Shown in pieces: positions 33,504 to 44,801 of a stretch of 64,000 bases of DNA. The notes under the pieces were generated by a model. It saw nothing but the letters and a program-made list of their open reading frames with translations, searched no databases and was not told where the DNA came from. A program made the position numbers and the translations under genes. Within the stretch, counting starts at the first letter, position 1. The number at the start of each line of letters is the position of its first letter. The DNA is taken from the NCBI GenBank assembly GCA_963758635.1, contig CAVWWD010000008.1:704001-768000 (forward strand), given 5' to 3'. Origin of the DNA: an uncultured Candidatus Rokubacteria bacterium. GTDB taxonomy: Bacteria; Methylomirabilota; Methylomirabilia; Rokubacteriales; CSP1-6.

Positions 33504-35646
33504 CTAGGCGCCGACCTCGTCTGAGAACGCGCGGTAGGCGGACAGGAGCGACAGGGGCGCGGCCTGGCCCAGGCCGCACAGGGAGGCGAGCCTCACCACC
33601 TCGGCCAGCTCGGTGACGGCGGAGGCCGACGGGCGCGCGGGGCCGTCCAGCATGTCGCGGAGCCGGGCCGTGCCCTCCCGGCACGGGGTGCACTTCCCGC
33701 ACGACTCGCGCGTGTTGAAGTCGAGCAGGGTGCGGACCACGTCGGGGATCGACACCGTCGCGTCGAGCGCGGCGATCCCGCCCGTGCCGGGGGTGACGAT
33801 GCCGCCGGGCTTGAGCGGCTCGTCGAGCTGGGCCGGCGGCACGAGGATGCCCGACGGGCCACCCACGAGGACGCCCTTGAGCGGCGCCGCGCCCGACATG
33901 CCGCCGCCGATCTCCTCGATGAGGGTGCGGAGCGTGACGCCCAGCTCGGCCTCGACCATGCCCGGCCGCTTCAGCTGCCCGGCGAGGCCGAAGCACTTGG
34001 TGCCGAAGCCCGCGCCGAGTCCCGTCCACCAGTCCGCCCCTTCGCTGACGATCAGCGGCACGGTGAACAGCGTCTCCACGTTGTTGATGACGGTGGGCCG
34101 GCCCCAGAGCCCCGACTCCACGGGGAACGGCGGCTTGGCGCGGGGCATGGCCCGGCGACCCTCGAGCGACTCCATGAGCGCCGTCTCCTCGCCGAGGACG
34201 AAGCCGCCGGCGCCACGGCGCACCTCGACCTCCACGGAGAAGTCGCTGCCGAGCACGTGCCGGCTCACGAGGCCCCAGCTCCGCGCGTCCTCCACGGCGC
34301 GGGTGAGACGCCGCGCCGAGAGGTGCGCCTCGCCGTGGACGTAGAGGTAGATCATGCTGCAGTCCGCGGCGTAGGCGGCGAGGAGCGCGCCTTCGATCAA
34401 CCGATGCGGATCGCCCTCCATCAGGTGGCGGTCCTTGAAGATGCCCGGCTCGCCCTCCTCGGCGTTGACCAGGAGGTACTTCGGCCAGCCCGTCGCGCGC
34501 CGCGCGCCCTCCCACTTGATAGCGGCCTGGAAGTACGCCCCACCGCGCCCGAGGAGCCGGGCCGACTTCACGGTCTCGATCACGGCTTCCGGGCGGCCCT
34601 CGGCGAGGACGCGGGCCAGGGTCGAGTACGCGCCGCGACGGATCGCGTCCGCGGTGTCGCGCGGATCGGTGACGCCGCACCGGTCCAGGAGCACGCGGCG
34701 CTGCGGCGCGAGGAACGCCTGGACGTTCCGCCGGGGTGCCGACGCGGCCCGCGACGACATCGGCGACGAGGGATGCGACGCCGTCGGCGGTCACGCGCGT
34801 GGCGATGGCGAGCGGGCGGCCGGGCGCGGCCACCGTCACGACCGGCGCCGCCCAGCAGAGGCCGCTGCACCCGGTGGCCACCACGTGGGCGCGGAGGCCC
34901 TGGCGTCCCGTCTCCTCCGCGAGCGCGGCAAGCGTGGCCGCGGCGCCCACCGAGAGGCTGCAGCTTCCCACCTCCACGGTCAGGCGCAGCTCCGAGGCGG
35001 GCGGGGCGAGCGCCTGCGCGGCCCGCTGGACGGCCATGAACCAGCGGGCCGGCGCGCTGGTCGCAGCGAGGACCGGGGGCTCGCGGCTGGGTGGAATGGG
35101 CGACGGCGTCGGGGTCGGGAACGTGATAAAGCCCGGAGTCGGCGCCCCCGCCTCGGACACGTGTCCGTCGCCCTCGTGGGGCGCGCGGTCCGGGTGCGGC
35201 AGGGCCTCCAGGACCTGCTCGGGCAGCGGCGTACCGACGCGACCGACGTGGCGTCCGTCGACCTCGACCACGGGCGCCATCGAGCAGTTGAAGGCGCAGT
35301 CGAGCCGCTCGATCGTGACCTCGCCGTCCGGCGTCGTCTCGCCGGCGGTCACCCCGAGGCGACGCTCGAGGTCGGCGAGGAGGCCGAGCGATCCCTGGAT
35401 GCGGCACGGCACGCCGACGCACACGCGCACCACGCGCCGCCCCGGCCGCGCGAGCCGGAACTCCGGGTAGTGGGTGGCCACGCCGTACGCCTCGCTGCGC
35501 GGCACGCGCAGGTGATCGGCGGCGGCGGCGAGGGCCTCGGCGGAGATCCAGCGCTCCTCGTGCTGGATCGCGTGGAGCGCGGGCAGGAGCCACGTGCGCT
35601 CGCGCGGGAAGCGGGCGAGGATCTCGGCCCGGTCCTCGCCGCTCAC
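33504..35646 (-). CDS. NuoE-NuoF-like diaphorase fusion (FDH gamma/beta; apparent frameshift ~34730)
   Basis: CVGVPC...CAFNC; GRGGAYF, NAEEGEPGIFKD, GEETALM, ESCGKCTPCREG. Confidence 0.85.
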
Positions 35647-35664
35647 AGGGCGGACGGGACCGTG

Positions 35665-36105
35665 TCAGCTCCCATCGACCCGACCGGGCCGCGAGATCGC
35701 GCTGCCGCACGTGGGCGTCTCCCGGATCGCCACGCGCTCGAGTCGGACGCGGGGGGGAAGAGCCCGCTCGATGGCGTCCCACGCCTCACGCGTCATGGTC
35801 TCGACGGAAGGGCTTCCGGTGAGGAGGACGACCCGGTCCGGGGCCTCGCGCTGCACGGCGGAGATGGCGGGGCCGAGCGGATCGTCGGGGGCGAGGAGCG
35901 TGGCGTGGTCCCACCGGTTCAGGAGCGACTTCCGGACGAGCAAGTCGAGGTCCTCGAAGTCCATCACCATGCCGAGGCGGTCGAGCTCGACGGCGCTCAC
36001 CGTGAGGTCCAGGCGGTAGGTGTGCCCGTGCAGGTACGCGCACCGTCCGGCATGGGCCCGGATGCGATGCGCCGCGTCGAACGTGTAGGTGACCTCGAGC
36101 TCCAT
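35665..36105 (-). CDS. queD: 6-carboxytetrahydropterin synthase (QueD/PTPS family)
   Basis: FDAAHR, CAYLHGHTY, MVMDF, RETP. Confidence 0.8.
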   Translation of the reverse strand: MELEVTYTFDAAHRIRAHAGRCAYLHGHTYRLDLTVSAVELDRLGMVMDFEDLDLLVRKSLLNRWDHATLLAPDDPLGPAISAVQREAPDRVVLLTGSPSVETMTREAWDAIERALPPRVRLERVAIRETPTCGSAISRPGRVDGS

Positions 36106-36201
36106 GGGACACGAAAAGGGTAGCACGACCGACCGTGGCGCCCGCCCGTTGGGCAGGAACGGCAACGCCTCCGGCCCGATCCCGGGCGCGTCCGGCGCGC
36201 G

Positions 36202-36927
36202 TCACGCGACGCCGGTGTGGATCGTCACGGAGCCCAGCCCGAGCCGGCGGAACTTCACGGCGCGGAGGCCCACGCTCTCCATGAGCCGTCCCAGCTCGGG
36301 CGGGGACAGGAAGCGGTCGACGGACTGGGGCAGGTACGTGTAGGCGTCGCGGTCGCCCGCGACCACCCGGCCGATGGCGGGCACCACGCGGTGGAAGTAC
36401 AGGCGGAAGAGCGGCGCGAACCCGGGCAGCGTGACCTGGGTGATCTCCAGCGCCACCACGCGCCCGCCCGCCCGCGTGACGCGCTTCATCTCGCTGAGCC
36501 CCTGGCGGAGGTCGGCGAGGTTCCGGAGCAGGAACGCGGAGGTCACGCACGCGAAGCTGCGGTCCTCGAAGGGCAGCGCGAGGGCGTCGGCGGCGACCAG
36601 GTGCATGCGCCGCGCTCCTCCGGTGGCGAGGATCTTCTCACGCGCCACCTCGAGCATGCCCAGCGAGAAGTCGGCGCCCACCACGTCGCGGTGCGGATGC
36701 AGCTCCGACAGCTCGATGGCGAGGTCCGCGGTGCCGGTGGCCAGGTCGAGCGCGGGGCCCTCCGGGCTCGCGATGGTCTCCCGCGCGGCGGCCCGGCGCC
36801 AGCCGTGGTGCATGCCGAACGTCATCAGGCCGTTCATCAGGTCGTAGCGGCCGGCGATGCGCGTGAACATCTCGCTCACGAGCCGTCCCTTCTCCGGCCC
36901 GGGGCCGAGCGGGGAGGCGCCGGTCAT
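36202..36927 (-). CDS. ubiE: demethylmenaquinone methyltransferase (UbiE/MenG family)
   Basis: YDLMNGLMTFG, LDLATGTAD, AYTYLPQS. Confidence 0.9.
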   Translation of the reverse strand: MTGASPLGPGPEKGRLVSEMFTRIAGRYDLMNGLMTFGMHHGWRRAAARETIASPEGPALDLATGTADLAIELSELHPHRDVVGADFSLGMLEVAREKILATGGARRMHLVAADALALPFEDRSFACVTSAFLLRNLADLRQGLSEMKRVTRAGGRVVALEITQVTLPGFAPLFRLYFHRVVPAIGRVVAGDRDAYTYLPQSVDRFLSPPELGRLMESVGLRAVKFRRLGLGSVTIHTGVA

Positions 36928-37772
36928 GCCAGGCGGCCGGCGAGCACGGCGGCGAGCAGGATCACCGCGATGTAGCCGTTGACGTTGAAGAACGCCATGT
37001 CCAGGCGCGAGAGGTCGCGCGGCGAGACCAGCGAGTGCTCGTACACGAAGAGCGCGGTCACCGCGGCCACGCCGACCCAGTAGAGGACGCCGAGGCCCAT
37101 CATGGCGCCGAGCGCGGCGAAGGCGGCCACGGTGAGGCCGTGGCACACGCGCGCGGCCAGGAGCGCGGGGGCGATGCCGAACCGCGCGGGGAAGGAGCGC
37201 AGGCCCTCCGCGCGGTCGAACTCCACGTCCTGGCACGCGTAGATCAGGTCGAAGCCGGCGATCCACACGGTGAGCGCGAACCAGAGCACGAACACGGGCG
37301 GATCGAAGGCGCCGCGCACCGCGATCCAGCCGCCCGCCGCGGCGATGCCGTCGGTGAACCCGAGGATCCAGTGCGAGAGCCACGTGAAGCGCTTGGTGTA
37401 CGAGTAGCCCACGAGGAACAGGAGGGCCAGCGGAGAGAGCGCCAGGCAGAGCGGGTTCAGCATCCACGCGGAGACCAGGAGGAGCCCGCCCGAGGCCACG
37501 GCGGCGACGACGAGGACGCCGGGGGCGAGCAGCCCCGCGGGCAGGTGGCGCGAGCGCGTGCGGGGGTTCCGCGCGTCGATCCAGCGGTCGGCGACGCGGT
37601 TGACCGTCATCGCGAGCGTGCGCGCGCCGACCATGGCGAGTGTGATCCAGACGAGCACGCGCGCGCCGGGCCAGCCGTCCGCGGCCAGCACCATCGCCAC
37701 GTAGGCGAAGGGCAGGGCGAAGACGGTGTGCTCGATCTTGATGGCCTGGGCGAAGTGGCGGAGCGTGCTCAC
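36924..37772 (-). CDS. UbiA-like prenyltransferase (futalosine pathway, MqnP type)
   Basis: KIEHTVFALPF, DARNPRT, YSYTKRF, GFDLIYACQD. Confidence 0.88.
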   Translation of the reverse strand: MSTLRHFAQAIKIEHTVFALPFAYVAMVLAADGWPGARVLVWITLAMVGARTLAMTVNRVADRWIDARNPRTRSRHLPAGLLAPGVLVVAAVASGGLLLVSAWMLNPLCLALSPLALLFLVGYSYTKRFTWLSHWILGFTDGIAAAGGWIAVRGAFDPPVFVLWFALTVWIAGFDLIYACQDVEFDRAEGLRSFPARFGIAPALLAARVCHGLTVAAFAALGAMMGLGVLYWVGVAAVTALFVYEHSLVSPRDLSRLDMAFFNVNGYIAVILLAAVLAGRLA

Positions 37773-37779
37773 GCGCCGG

Positions 37780-39234
37780 TCAGAGACCGTACTCCGCCCA
37801 GCGGCGGCTCACGAGGCTCCGGATCTCCTCGGTCATGACGATCTCGTCCGGCCACGGCTGCGTGATGCCGTCCATCGCGCTCTTCTCGGTGGCGTCGATG
37901 CCGAGCTTGCCCCCGAAGCGATGGCGGAGCGCGGCGTGGTCGAGGTCGTCCATGGGCCCGTCGACCAGGACGAGGTCGCGCCGGGGGTCGATGTTGCCGG
38001 TGGCGCGCCACGCCACCTCGGAGAGGTCGTTGACGTTCACGTGCTCGGAGACGACCACGATGGTCTTGGCCAGCATCATGAGCCCGAGGCCCCACAGCGC
38101 GTACATCACCTTGCGCGCGTGCCCGGGGTAGCGCTTGCGGATGGAGACGATGACGAGGTTGTGGAACACGCCCTCCGCCGGCATGTTCATGTCCACGACC
38201 TCGGGCAGCATCGTGCGGATGATGGGCAGGAAGATGCGCTCGGTGGCCTTGCCCAGCCAGTAGTCCTCCTGGGGCGGCCGTCCCACGATGGTGGTGGGAT
38301 AGATCGGGCTCTTCCGATGGGTGAGCGCGGTGAGGTGGAACACCGGGTAGTCGCGGGCGAGCGAGTAGTAGCCGGTGTGGTCGCCGAACGGCCCCTCGAG
38401 CCGCCGCTCCGCGGGATCCACGTAGCCCTCGAGCACGATCTCCGCGTCGGCCGGCACCTCGACGTCCACCGTCCGGCAACGCACCATGGGCACGCCGGCG
38501 CCGCGGAGCCAGCCCGCGAAGACCATCTCGTCGATGCCCGGCGGCAGCGGCGCGGACGCCGCGTAGGTGGTGATGGGATCGCCGCCGAGCGCGATGGCCA
38601 CCTCCATGCGCGCCGCGCCCCGCTCCTCGGCCACGCGCTGGTGCTCGGCCGAGCCCTTGTGCAGCTGCCAGTGCATGCCGAGGGTCCGGTCGTCGTACAC
38701 CTGGAGCCGGTACATCCCCACGTTGCGCGCGCGCGTGGCCGGATCCCGCGTGAACACCATGGGCAGCGTGATGTAGCGTCCGGCGTCGGCGGGCCAGCAC
38801 TGGAGCGCGGGCAGCGCGGCGAGCGAGGGATGGTCCGTGACCACCACCTCCTGGCACGCGCCCCCGCGCACGCGCTTCGGGCCGGCCTTGGCCACGTCGA
38901 AGAGGTCGCCGAGCTTCCTGAGCTTGTCCACGAGCCCGCCGGGCATCCGGAGATCGAGGAGACGCGCCACGCGGGAGGCCAGGTCGTCGAGGCGCTCCAC
39001 GCCGAGGGCCGCGGCCATCCGCTCGGGCGAGCCGAAGGCGTTGATGAGGACGGGCATGGACGAGCCGCGGACGTTCTCGAAGAGGAGCGCCACGTTGGCC
39101 GCCGCCGGCCCCTTGGAGACGCGGTCGGTGATCTCGGTGATCTCGAGGTCCTGCGACACGGGCGCGGTGACGCGGCGAAGCTGGCCGCGCTTCTCGAGGT
39201 GGGAGACGAACTCGCGCAGGTCCGCGAAGGCCAT
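37780..39234 (-). CDS. UbiD-family menaquinone biosynthesis decarboxylase (MqnL type)
   Basis: RNVGMYRLQ, EGPFGDHTGYY, GRPPQED, GKLGIDAT. Confidence 0.9.
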   Translation of the reverse strand: MAFADLREFVSHLEKRGQLRRVTAPVSQDLEITEITDRVSKGPAAANVALLFENVRGSSMPVLINAFGSPERMAAALGVERLDDLASRVARLLDLRMPGGLVDKLRKLGDLFDVAKAGPKRVRGGACQEVVVTDHPSLAALPALQCWPADAGRYITLPMVFTRDPATRARNVGMYRLQVYDDRTLGMHWQLHKGSAEHQRVAEERGAARMEVAIALGGDPITTYAASAPLPPGIDEMVFAGWLRGAGVPMVRCRTVDVEVPADAEIVLEGYVDPAERRLEGPFGDHTGYYSLARDYPVFHLTALTHRKSPIYPTTIVGRPPQEDYWLGKATERIFLPIIRTMLPEVVDMNMPAEGVFHNLVIVSIRKRYPGHARKVMYALWGLGLMMLAKTIVVVSEHVNVNDLSEVAWRATGNIDPRRDLVLVDGPMDDLDHAALRHRFGGKLGIDATEKSAMDGITQPWPDEIVMTEEIRSLVSRRWAEYGL

Positions 39235-39445
39235 CGCCGCGGCCGCGCTAAGCGCGAACGGAGCGCACGGACGGGGCGAGGGCGCGCGACATGTGCGCAT
39301 TATACGTCAGCCCCCTGAGGCGGCCGCGTCCCGCGCTCGGCCGGCTCACCGTTCGCCCTCCGACCGCGTGGCGCCGTGAACGGGGCCGGTCTGGGACCAT
39401 GGTCTCCCTTGACTTCGCCACACGCGGCCGGTAAGAACTGAGGCC

Positions 39446-39718
39446 GTGACCAAGGCCGAGCTCGTCGCCGCAATGGCCAAGGCTGCCGGCGGCTCGAAGG
39501 TGAGCTCGGAGCGGGCGCTCAACGCCTTCCTGGACGGCGTCTTCGACTCGCTCAAGCGCGGCCGGCGCGTCACCATCGGCGGCTTCGGCACGTTCATGGT
39601 GAGCCGGCGCGCCCAGCGCAACGGCCGCAACCCCCGCACGGGCAAGGCCATCACGATTCCCGCCACGCGCGTGCCCCGATTCAAGCCGAGCCGCACGTTC
39701 AAGGCCGCCGTTCTCTGA
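39446..39718 (+). CDS. hup: HU family DNA-binding protein
   Basis: MTKAELV, GFGTF, GRNPRTG. Confidence 0.93.
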   Translation: MTKAELVAAMAKAAGGSKVSSERALNAFLDGVFDSLKRGRRVTIGGFGTFMVSRRAQRNGRNPRTGKAITIPATRVPRFKPSRTFKAAVL

Positions 39719-39768
39719 TCCCGCGCGCCGCCCCTCGCTGAGTTTTCGCGTTCGGGCTCACACTTGCC

Positions 39769-39798
39769 TTGACGCCTCCAGGTGACCCCGCGTAAGAT
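39769..39798 (+). promoter_or_regulatory. tRNA operon promoter
   Basis: TTGACG-N18-TAAGAT just upstream of tRNA-Gln. Confidence 0.6.
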
Positions 39799-39809
39799 GG
39801 CGGCGGCGC

Positions 39810-39883
39810 TGGGGGATCGTCTAATGGTAGGACGCCAGGTTCTGGCCCTGGTAATGGGGGTTCGAGCCCTCCTCCCCCAGCCA
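39810..39883 (+). tRNA. tRNA-Gln(CTG)
   Basis: cloverleaf; anticodon arm ccagg-ttCTGgc-cctgg; GTTCGAG T loop; encoded CCA. Confidence 0.95.
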
Positions 39884-39911
39884 TTTCCGTCTCTCGCGTA
39901 GCAGCACGGGC

Positions 39912-39984
39912 GGCCCCATCGTCTAGAGGCCTAGGACATGGCCCTCTCAAGGCTAAAACACGGGTTCGAATCCCGTTGGGGCCA
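39912..39984 (+). tRNA. tRNA-Glu(CTC)
   Basis: ggccccatc...ctCTCaa...GTTCGAATCC...tggggcca; no encoded CCA. Confidence 0.95.
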
Positions 39985-40555
39985 CACCCGAATTCCCCCC
40001 GATTCCAGGATCGGGGCGTAGTTCGCCTCGCCGCTGATCTCGCACGTCTTGCCCTTACCGAGCGGCCGGAACACGATCCGCTGACCGTCGAGGAGGCGCA
40101 TCAAGAGCCCGCGCGCCTCTTCCGGCTGCCGCGCGCCGAGTCCGCGCCAGTCGGCCAGCCGTGCCGCGAACTCCGCACGGAGGGCCGGGCCGGAGAGTTG
40201 AGACGCGACGTGATCCCGCGTGTCGGCGTTAGCCACGTCCGCCCGCAGCGTGTCACGCCGCTGTTTGCGTGTCGCCATGGGCTCGGCGATGAGCGTCCAC
40301 GGCGCGCCGCTGACCAACTGGTGCTCAAGCGCAGCGATCTCGCTCTCGACGCGGCGTAGTTCGTCCTTCACGGCCGCGCGCGCTGCCGCCGCCGGCGTCC
40401 GCTCCGCTTCCCACAGCTTGACCGCTTCATCGAGGCAGGCGTCGACTGCGGCGGCGTCGAACACCTGTCGCTCGATCGCGTCGAGGACCATCGCGTCGAC
40501 CGCCTGCATCGGCACCCAGAGTTTGTTGGTGCAGACATCCGCGCCGCGCGTCGCG
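39931..40555 (-). pseudogene. C-terminal remnant of a large serine recombinase-like gene, reading into tRNA-Glu
   Basis: Cys-containing piece (TRGADVCTN) then coiled coil; ends WPQRDSNP, which is the antisense of the tRNA; no catalytic domain. Confidence 0.6.
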
Positions 40556-40925
40556 TGCAGGTGGCAGCGAGCGCCTTGCGGCGACGGGTCACGAGCGCCG
40601 GTAGGGCGAGGAGGATGCCGTCGAGGTGGTCCACGAACAACATGCTTCGGCAGGCTAGCTCGACCAAGGCCCGCTGCTGGACCGAGGTGGACTCCTCGCC
40701 GCCCAGGTCGGCCAGTAGATCACGGCGCCATTCGAGGAGGGCCCGAGCGGCGTTGGTGCGGCGGTCGAGCACGTCCAGCCCCCGCACCGCCACGCGGCTT
40801 TTCAGGGCCCGCAGGCCCGTGCGGGTACACCGCGCGGTGGTGAGATGCGGCTCTCGGCGGGGGGACTTAGAGGCGATCGGGGTAGCACCAAGGGTTGCGG
40901 GAGCGGAGCGCTTCGACGACGTCAA
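40556..40925 (-). pseudogene. truncated phage/MGE-type hypothetical protein
   Basis: LDRRTNAAR...LLADLGGEESTSVQQRALVE helical ORF fused abruptly to the recombinase remnant. Confidence 0.4.
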
Positions 40926-40997
40926 GGCCGGCCTTCATGGCACCTCCGTCGAGAGATTGCCGCATGATAGCATCCTCGCGTAGCGAGAGGAGGACCC

Positions 40998-42188
40998 ATG
41001 GGCAAGGCACTGGACGGGATCCGCGTGCTCGATCTCACGGCGTACGAGGCGGGCCCGAGCTGCACCGAGATGCTCGCGTGGTTCGGCGCCGAGGTCATCA
41101 AGGTCGAACCGCCCACCGGTGAAGTGACGCGCACGATGATGTCCGACCAGCCCAACACGGACTCGTGGTACTTCGTGCTGCTGAACCTCAACAAGAAGAG
41201 CGTCACGGTCAACCTGAAGTCCTCGCCTGGGCGGCAACTGTTCGAGCGGATGGTCGCGACTGCCGACGTCGTCGTCGAGAACCTCGGTCCCGGCGCGATG
41301 GAGCGGCTCGGCCTCGGGTACGCGCGGCTGCGTGAGATCAATCGACGCGTCATCATGGCGTCCATCAAGGGGTTCGGCAGTTCCGGTCCGTATGCGAACT
41401 TCAAAAGCTTCGAGCCCATCGCGCAGGCGATGGGCGGCGCGATCAGCCTCACCGGCTCGCCCGAAACTCCCGTGCGCATCAACGCCGGGGTCGGCGATAC
41501 GAACACGGGCATGCATTGCGCCATCGGTATCCTCGCCGCGATCGTGCAGCGGCAGACGACGGGCGAAGGGCAGCTCGTGGAAGTGGCGCAGCACGATGCA
41601 GTCGTGAACCTCATTCGCATCCGCTTCCGCGACACCCTGGTGACGGGCAAAGCGACGCCGCGCCTCGGCACCAAATCACAGATCACGGCGCCGTCCAACC
41701 TGTATCGCTGCCGGCCGTACGGTCCGAACGACTACGTCTACATCCATTGCGCCACCGCCGAGATGTGGAAGGCGATGGTCGAGGTCCTTGAACGTCCCGA
41801 GCTCGCCGACGATCCGCGCTTCAACGATCGGCGCGGCCGCGTCGCGCATCAGGAAGAGATCGACGCCATGGTCGAGGCGTGGACCGAGAAGCGGACGAAG
41901 CACGAGGCGATGGATATCCTCGGCAAGGTGGGCGTGCCCTGTGGCGCTGTGCTCGACACCGCCGAGCTCCTGACAGATCCGTCGCTCGTGGAACGGCAAA
42001 TGATGGTGCCCATGGACCATCCTGTGCGCGGGCGCGTCACCGTGCCCGGCAACCCGGTGCGCCTCTCCGCGTCGCCGACGACGGTGAAGCCGTCGCCGCT
42101 GCTCGGCGAGCATAACGCGGAGATCTACGGAGCGCTGGGCTGCACGACCGAAGAGCTCAGCGCGCTGAAACGCGACGGCGTGATCTGA
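40998..42188 (+). CDS. class III CoA-transferase (CaiB/formyl-CoA transferase family)
   Basis: IRVLDLT, AGPSC, NLNKKS, GVGDTNTG, PLLGEHN. Confidence 0.92.
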   Translation: MGKALDGIRVLDLTAYEAGPSCTEMLAWFGAEVIKVEPPTGEVTRTMMSDQPNTDSWYFVLLNLNKKSVTVNLKSSPGRQLFERMVATADVVVENLGPGAMERLGLGYARLREINRRVIMASIKGFGSSGPYANFKSFEPIAQAMGGAISLTGSPETPVRINAGVGDTNTGMHCAIGILAAIVQRQTTGEGQLVEVAQHDAVVNLIRIRFRDTLVTGKATPRLGTKSQITAPSNLYRCRPYGPNDYVYIHCATAEMWKAMVEVLERPELADDPRFNDRRGRVAHQEEIDAMVEAWTEKRTKHEAMDILGKVGVPCGAVLDTAELLTDPSLVERQMMVPMDHPVRGRVTVPGNPVRLSASPTTVKPSPLLGEHNAEIYGALGCTTEELSALKRDGVI

Positions 42189-42212
42189 TCCTTTGTTGAC
42201 GCGGGAGATCCC

Positions 42213-42335
42213 CATGGACTGCTGAAGGTCGACAACGTGGTGCGTTGGTCGATCCCCGTCAACGATTTCGCGGAATCGGAGAAGTTCTTACGGTGAGGTG
42301 CTCGGCCTCACGTTCCGCGGGCTCGGCAACTCGTG
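42213..42335 (+). pseudogene. VOC/glyoxalase N-terminal fragment
   Basis: LKVDNVVRWSIPVNDFAESEKF/YGEVLGL across a frameshift, then truncated. Confidence 0.5.
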
Positions 42336-42375
42336 CGGGCCTTCGGCGCCGAGTCGCCTCTCTCGTCATGACTCC

Positions 42376-42640
42376 TCAGTGGTAGTCGTGGATGTCGTCG
42401 TCGGCCGGGCCGGAATCGGTCCATCGGAAGACGACTCGCCATTGGTCGTTGATGCGGATGCTATGGAACCCTCTCAAGCTTCCCTTGAGCGCCTCGGGCC
42501 GGTTGCCCGGCGGCGACGCCAGATCCGTAAGCGCGCCGCGTAGTCGAGCATGTCGAGCTTCCGGGCGGCCACCCTCCCGACGTTCGCCCAGCCGACGCCC
42601 TTCACGCGTCGCCCCGCCCGGAAGAATCGCTCGCTTGACG
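42376..42640 (-). pseudogene. higB: HigB toxin remnant followed by the 5' stub of higA
   Basis: RKLDMLDYA / [15 protein letters not shown] / [15 protein letters not shown] / DYH; no clear start, frameshift. Confidence 0.8.
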
Positions 42641-42670
42641 GCGGCGGTGCGCGTGCCGAGACCCTTCCCG

Positions 42671-43747
42671 CTAGGCGAAGGCGGGGATGACGTGACGGCC
42701 AAACAGGGCGATCGACTTCATGATCCGCGCATGAGCCAGATTGCCCATCTGCATGAAGCAGAGGATCTGGTCTACCCCGGCCTCCTGGTACTTCTCGAGG
42801 ACCTTGATGACGCTGGGCGGGGTGCCCATGGCAAAGGCGCCCGACTCCATGTGGTCGCGGAAGGTCTTGCCCGTGCGCTCCTGTTGAATGGCCGAGACCG
42901 CGAACTTGTAGGAATCGGGCACGTGTCGCCCTTGCCAGGGGGCGTAGAGTTTCTCCGCCATCTGGACGAACCATACCCCTTCGGGCCCGGCGAACTCGTG
43001 CGCCTCCTCGTCCGTGTCGGCACAGTGGGTGACGCACAGCGCCGCGATCTGGTTGTTGACGAAGCTGCCGACGGGTTTGGCGTGCTTGATGCCCTCGCGA
43101 TACAGTGCGACCCGCTCGGCCATCTGTGCGTACCCGCCCAGGTTGAAGCAAAGGGCGCCCAGACCCATCTCGCCCGCCGCCCGGAAGCTGTCGGGCTGGC
43201 TGCACGCGACCCACAGCGGGGGATGCGGCTTCTGGACGGGCTTGGGAATGATCGAGCGCGGCGGGATCTGGTAGAAGCGTCCCTCGTGAGTGAAGGGATC
43301 CTCGGTCCACATGCGGGGAATCATGCCAACGGCTTCTTCCCACTGGGCTCTGGTCTCTTCGGGGTCGACTTGGAACCCGTCCATCTCGATCAGCGTGGTG
43401 GACCGCCCGGTACCCAGATCCATGCGGCCATCGCTGACGATATCCAGCACCGCGGCGCGCTCGGCCACCCGGACCGGGTGATTGTACTGACCCGGCAGCA
43501 GGGCGACGGCATGGCCGATGCGAATGCGCTTGGTGCGCTGGGAGATGGCCCCGTAGAGGACTTCCGGGGCCGAGCAGTGGGAAAACTCACGCAGGAAGTG
43601 ATGCTCTACGGTCCAGAAGTACTGGAAGCCGACCTCATCGGCCAGCTCGGCCTGGGCCATGACCTGCTTGTAGCGCTCATGCTCGATGCCGTCATGGTGG
43701 GGTTCGGGTATCTGAATCTCGTACATGAGGCCGAATTTCATGGTCAT
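42671..43747 (-). CDS. LLM-class flavin-dependent oxidoreductase
   Basis: [30 protein letters not shown]. Confidence 0.92.
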   Translation of the reverse strand: MTMKFGLMYEIQIPEPHHDGIEHERYKQVMAQAELADEVGFQYFWTVEHHFLREFSHCSAPEVLYGAISQRTKRIRIGHAVALLPGQYNHPVRVAERAAVLDIVSDGRMDLGTGRSTTLIEMDGFQVDPEETRAQWEEAVGMIPRMWTEDPFTHEGRFYQIPPRSIIPKPVQKPHPPLWVACSQPDSFRAAGEMGLGALCFNLGGYAQMAERVALYREGIKHAKPVGSFVNNQIAALCVTHCADTDEEAHEFAGPEGVWFVQMAEKLYAPWQGRHVPDSYKFAVSAIQQERTGKTFRDHMESGAFAMGTPPSVIKVLEKYQEAGVDQILCFMQMGNLAHARIMKSIALFGRHVIPAFA

Positions 43748-43928
43748 GTCAGTCCTCCCTGACAGGGATGGGCCCGCGTCGACCAGAAGTGGCGACCCTC
43801 CGCTCGTGCCCTGCCCGTCCCGGCCGTCGTCGGCCAGCGCTGCCCAGGAGCGCCACTCGTCCCGGCGCCGCTCACCCCGAGAAGCCGCACGCGGGGTCAG
43901 GGGCGCGAAGGACGTGTCGCAGAACTCC

Positions 43929-44801
43929 GTGCTACCCGAGGTGCTGATGGATGAACGCGGTCATCTGCTCGAGCGCCCGCTGGGCAACCGACGAGGAGAG
44001 ATTCTTCAGGAGACCTTCGCCCTCGCCTTCGAAGATCGTGACCTCGATCTGGCCGCCGGCCTGACGATACTGCCGGACGAACTCGTCGAGATCCGGGCGG
44101 GGGTGCGCCTCCTCGTAGCTGCGCGCGACGCACAGCACGGGGGGCGTGGCCGTCCGCTCGCCATGGGCCAGGATGCGCGCGGGCGCTCCCTCGGCCATGG
44201 CCTCTTCCGTCTGCCAGTACTGGTCGTGCATGGGCACCACGCGGTCGGCCAGCCCGGCGGGCGGGGTGCAATCCTGTCGCAGACCCTTCGCGTAGTGATA
44301 GCGCCCGAGCGGATCGATCACGGGAGACACCATGATCACGCAGCCCAGGGTGCCGTCCACCGAGGCGCCGCCAGGAAGGGGCAGCGCGGCGTAGCGTGAA
44401 TCGCGCGGGCGCATGCCGAGCAGCATGGCCTGGTGCGCGCCGCTGGACGTGCCCATGGCGCCGATGCGGTCCGGGCGTCCGCGCCACGCCTGAGCCTGGC
44501 TCTTGCACCAGCGAATCCCGTAGTGGATGTCGGCCAGAGAGGCCGGGTACGGCGCCACGGGCGGCACGCGGAAATCCAGCGCCGCCACGATCACGCCGTT
44601 CTTCGCAAGCGCCTCGTTCGCCGCGTTCCCATTTTCGCGAGCCCCCCGGACCCAGGCACCGCCGTGCAGCTCGACCATGATGGGGAACGGTCCGCTGCCG
44701 CGCGGCTTGAAGACAGTTGCCAGCAGGGGCTTGTCCCCGTGTCGGAGATACTCCACGTCCGCGACATCGACGTCATACTTGGTCTGCGTCCCTACGGCCA
44801 T
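43929..44801 (-). CDS. alpha/beta hydrolase (HSL-type esterase)
   Basis: LHGGAW, GTSSGAH; stop position approximate. Confidence 0.8.
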
